From positions 1-59,708 of the IMG/VR virus record IMGVR_UViG_3300014656_000031: a DNA stretch of 59,708 bases, one strand, 5' to 3'. Under the pieces are notes generated by a model. It saw nothing but the letters and a program-made list of their open reading frames with translations, did not search any database and was not told the origin of the DNA. Position numbers and translations under genes: made by a program. Shown here one piece after another: positions 57,849 through 59,708 of this stretch. Numbering within the stretch: the first letter of the stretch is position 1; each line of letters starts with the position of its first letter. This DNA comes from a virus. Taxonomy: Duplodnaviria > Caudoviricetes.

Positions 57849-58217
57849 TTATGGTTTCTTTATAAATATTTTTTTATTTTCACACAGTGTTTTTATATCT
57901 TCTGTGTATCTTTTACTAAAATTTCCATTATGACCTACAGTGAAGTGACATTTCCTACAAAGAGATATAAAATTATTAGGATCAGCGCCTAATAATATAT
58001 TAGACCAGAGCGGCACTATATGGTGAACCTCAATTTTCTTATTAGTATCACACCAAGCACATGTTGGATGTTCTTTGCGATAAAGATTTAATGCTTTGGT
58101 TATTTCATAACTGCGTTTAATTAAAGCAAAAAAAGAAGGGCTATCTTGTTCAGACAGCCCTTTAATTATATTAGTATTTTGTCTTAATAAAAATACTAAT
58201 TGAATAAATTTAAACAT
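57849..58217 (-). CDS. HNH endonuclease
   Basis: CAWC...EVHHIVP...NFISLCRKCH. Confidence 0.85.
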   Translation of the reverse strand: MFKFIQLVFLLRQNTNIIKGLSEQDSPSFFALIKRSYEITKALNLYRKEHPTCAWCDTNKKIEVHHIVPLWSNILLGADPNNFISLCRKCHFTVGHNGNFSKRYTEDIKTLCENKKIFIKKP

Positions 58218-58450
58218 TATAGTGCTGAAACTACAAAGGTTAGTGCTTCTGCCATAGCTGAAACATTAACAGTTGAACCAAGGGGTACAAACGAACTAAG
58301 TTCGGTTATTAATGAAAAGGCTGAAGCAGCAGTTGTAAGATTAAATATGTCTGCTGCACTAACAGGATTTCCTCCAGACCATTCTCCTGGATATTCATCT
58401 GCGGCCACTTCAACTGCACAACAAACGGCGGTAATTGTATCTACTTTCAT
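58217..58450 (-). CDS. small hypothetical, possibly structural
   Basis: AGGAG RBS, late motif at 58474. Confidence 0.65.
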   Translation of the reverse strand: MKVDTITAVCCAVEVAADEYPGEWSGGNPVSAADIFNLTTAASAFSLITELSSFVPLGSTVNVSAMAEALTFVVSAL

Positions 58451-58512
58451 AATATTCTCCTATACTATTGTTTTAAATATTTATTGTTTTTCGGTAACTT
58501 TTTTCGTTATTC

Positions 58513-58548
58513 AAAAAAAATACCTCATCATTACTGATGAGGTATTTT
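58513..58548 (-). terminator. rho-independent terminator after capsid gene
   Basis: AATACCTCATCA/TGATGAGGTATT stem with T-run on minus strand. Confidence 0.85.
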
Positions 58549-58568
58549 CAATTATTTTAACACATCAC

Positions 58569-59708
58569 TTACATATACATATGTGAGCTACCAGGGATGA
58601 AGGCCTGTCCCAAGCTCTTTACAATGATCAAGTGATAATACAGTGATGCACCAAATAGGTGATCGACAACGCCATAACGTGTTAGCAAGCCAACACGAGG
58701 ACTGAAGTCGTTAGGACCAATAGTGCGCTGTACCATTACAGGAATGTAAGGACAATATACAATACCGGTGTCATAATACTCAGAACCCTTATATCCAAGC
58801 AAGCAATACTCTAGACGAGTACGTGCTGCACGAACCCAAGGCTGTTGAGCTTCTGTACGTGTGTCACGGTAAACCGTGAAACGTCCGGCTAGCGTTCCAA
58901 CTTTAGAAATACCAACTTGCTGTGTGCTTACCGTGCTATTGATTGGCATGAATTTGAATTCAGGCAATACTTCCATCATTGTGCAAACTGTTGGGGTTGC
59001 AATAATGAAGTTAGCAGGGCCACGACGGTTACGGACTGCAACACGGTTAGCTTCAATCAACACCTTCTGATAGAAGTCCCTGTTACGTTCACCCAACCAA
59101 CGGGCGTCAGCTGATATTGGCGACCACGAAGAATAACCAATATTGTTTCCAGCATTTACGCAGATCTGAATCATACGCATAACCATTTCACGGTCGATTT
59201 CGGCTTGAATTTCATAGCTCATCGCATTTGTCAATTCATTGTCTACATCAATACCGTTCATGTTCTTAAGGTCTTGCTCTAACTCAACCGACCATTTAGC
59301 TGCTAGTCTACGAGTACCAGCTTCTACAGCTGTCTTCTCGAACTCAAGTGTAACCTGAGGGATTTGACCAGTCATTTCATAGTTGCCAAGCAATTCAGCA
59401 ATACCCATATCTTCAGGCAACATAGTAAAATCAGTACCGCCAGACAAGCTAGCAGATGATGTACCAGTATAACCTGTTTGTAGATAGTTGTAACCAAGTT
59501 CCTTTTCATTAGCGTTGATCTGTGGACCACCGCGGAACTGTGTAGGATTGGTTGCATCGTATGTTCTACGAGAAGGATCCTGCCAATCTAAGCTTGAACC
59601 ATCATAACGATAGCGCAAAGCAAATGCTAGACCTACAGGGCCGCTCATAGGCTGAACACCAACGATTTCGTTAGTAATCAGCTCAGGGAATGTACGGCGA
59701 ATCATAGG
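58569..59708 (-). CDS. gp23: major capsid protein (T4 gp23-like), 5' part outside window
   Basis: GVQPMSGPVGLAFALR, ELEQDLKNMNGID, EIQAEIDRE, YCPYIP, F.PR.G..TRYG. Confidence 0.96.
   Translation of the reverse strand, partial: PMIRRTFPELITNEIVGVQPMSGPVGLAFALRYRYDGSSLDWQDPSRRTYDATNPTQFRGGPQINANEKELGYNYLQTGYTGTSSASLSGGTDFTMLPEDMGIAELLGNYEMTGQIPQVTLEFEKTAVEAGTRRLAAKWSVELEQDLKNMNGIDVDNELTNAMSYEIQAEIDREMVMRMIQICVNAGNNIGYSSWSPISADARWLGERNRDFYQKVLIEANRVAVRNRRGPANFIIATPTVCTMMEVLPEFKFMPINSTVSTQQVGISKVGTLAGRFTVYRDTRTEAQQPWVRAARTRLEYCLLGYKGSEYYDTGIVYCPYIPVMVQRTIGPNDFSPRVGLLTRYGVVDHLFGASLYYHLIIVKSLGQAFIPGSSHMYM

Noticed and set aside
7572-59557. Antisense or nested ORFs such as 7572-7988, 20892-21494, 27208-27603, 37683-38066, 56438-56806, 58200-58586
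   Set aside because: Shadows of well-supported genes, with no RBS or motifs.
1-59708. Stop-codon reassignment
   Set aside because: Long genes are intact in the standard code, TAA, TAG and TGA all end genes, and no suppressor tRNA was found; the broken genes are frameshifts.

Overview
AT-rich segment of a large T4-like (myovirus) phage genome in the standard genetic code. Right part (about 23.9-59.7 kb, mostly minus strand): 3' part of the gp23-type major capsid gene, FN3 protein, probable small terminase, a dUTPase gene fractured by a split intein with an endonuclease between the halves, gp44-type clamp loader, gp25 and gp6 baseplate genes and about 25 kb of very large tail/baseplate proteins. 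Left part (1-23.9 kb): accessory region with 14 tRNA genes, several structurally odd, a roughly 290-nt structured ncRNA candidate, a small pseudoknot, an LpxR-like lipid A deacylase, an internally deleted CCA-adding enzyme gene and a subtilisin with two inteins. The best candidate for an undescribed system is a set of about 15 small, mostly early proteins with unrelated bodies and a shared C-terminal tail (EEL-x-E-x-x-FVDLL-stop). Three of them are broken by single -1 frameshifts, while the long structural genes are all intact. A second class of genes has a palindromic late promoter, apparently leaderless starts and N-termini resembling T4 capsid-targeting sequences. All calls were made by eye; no database search was run.
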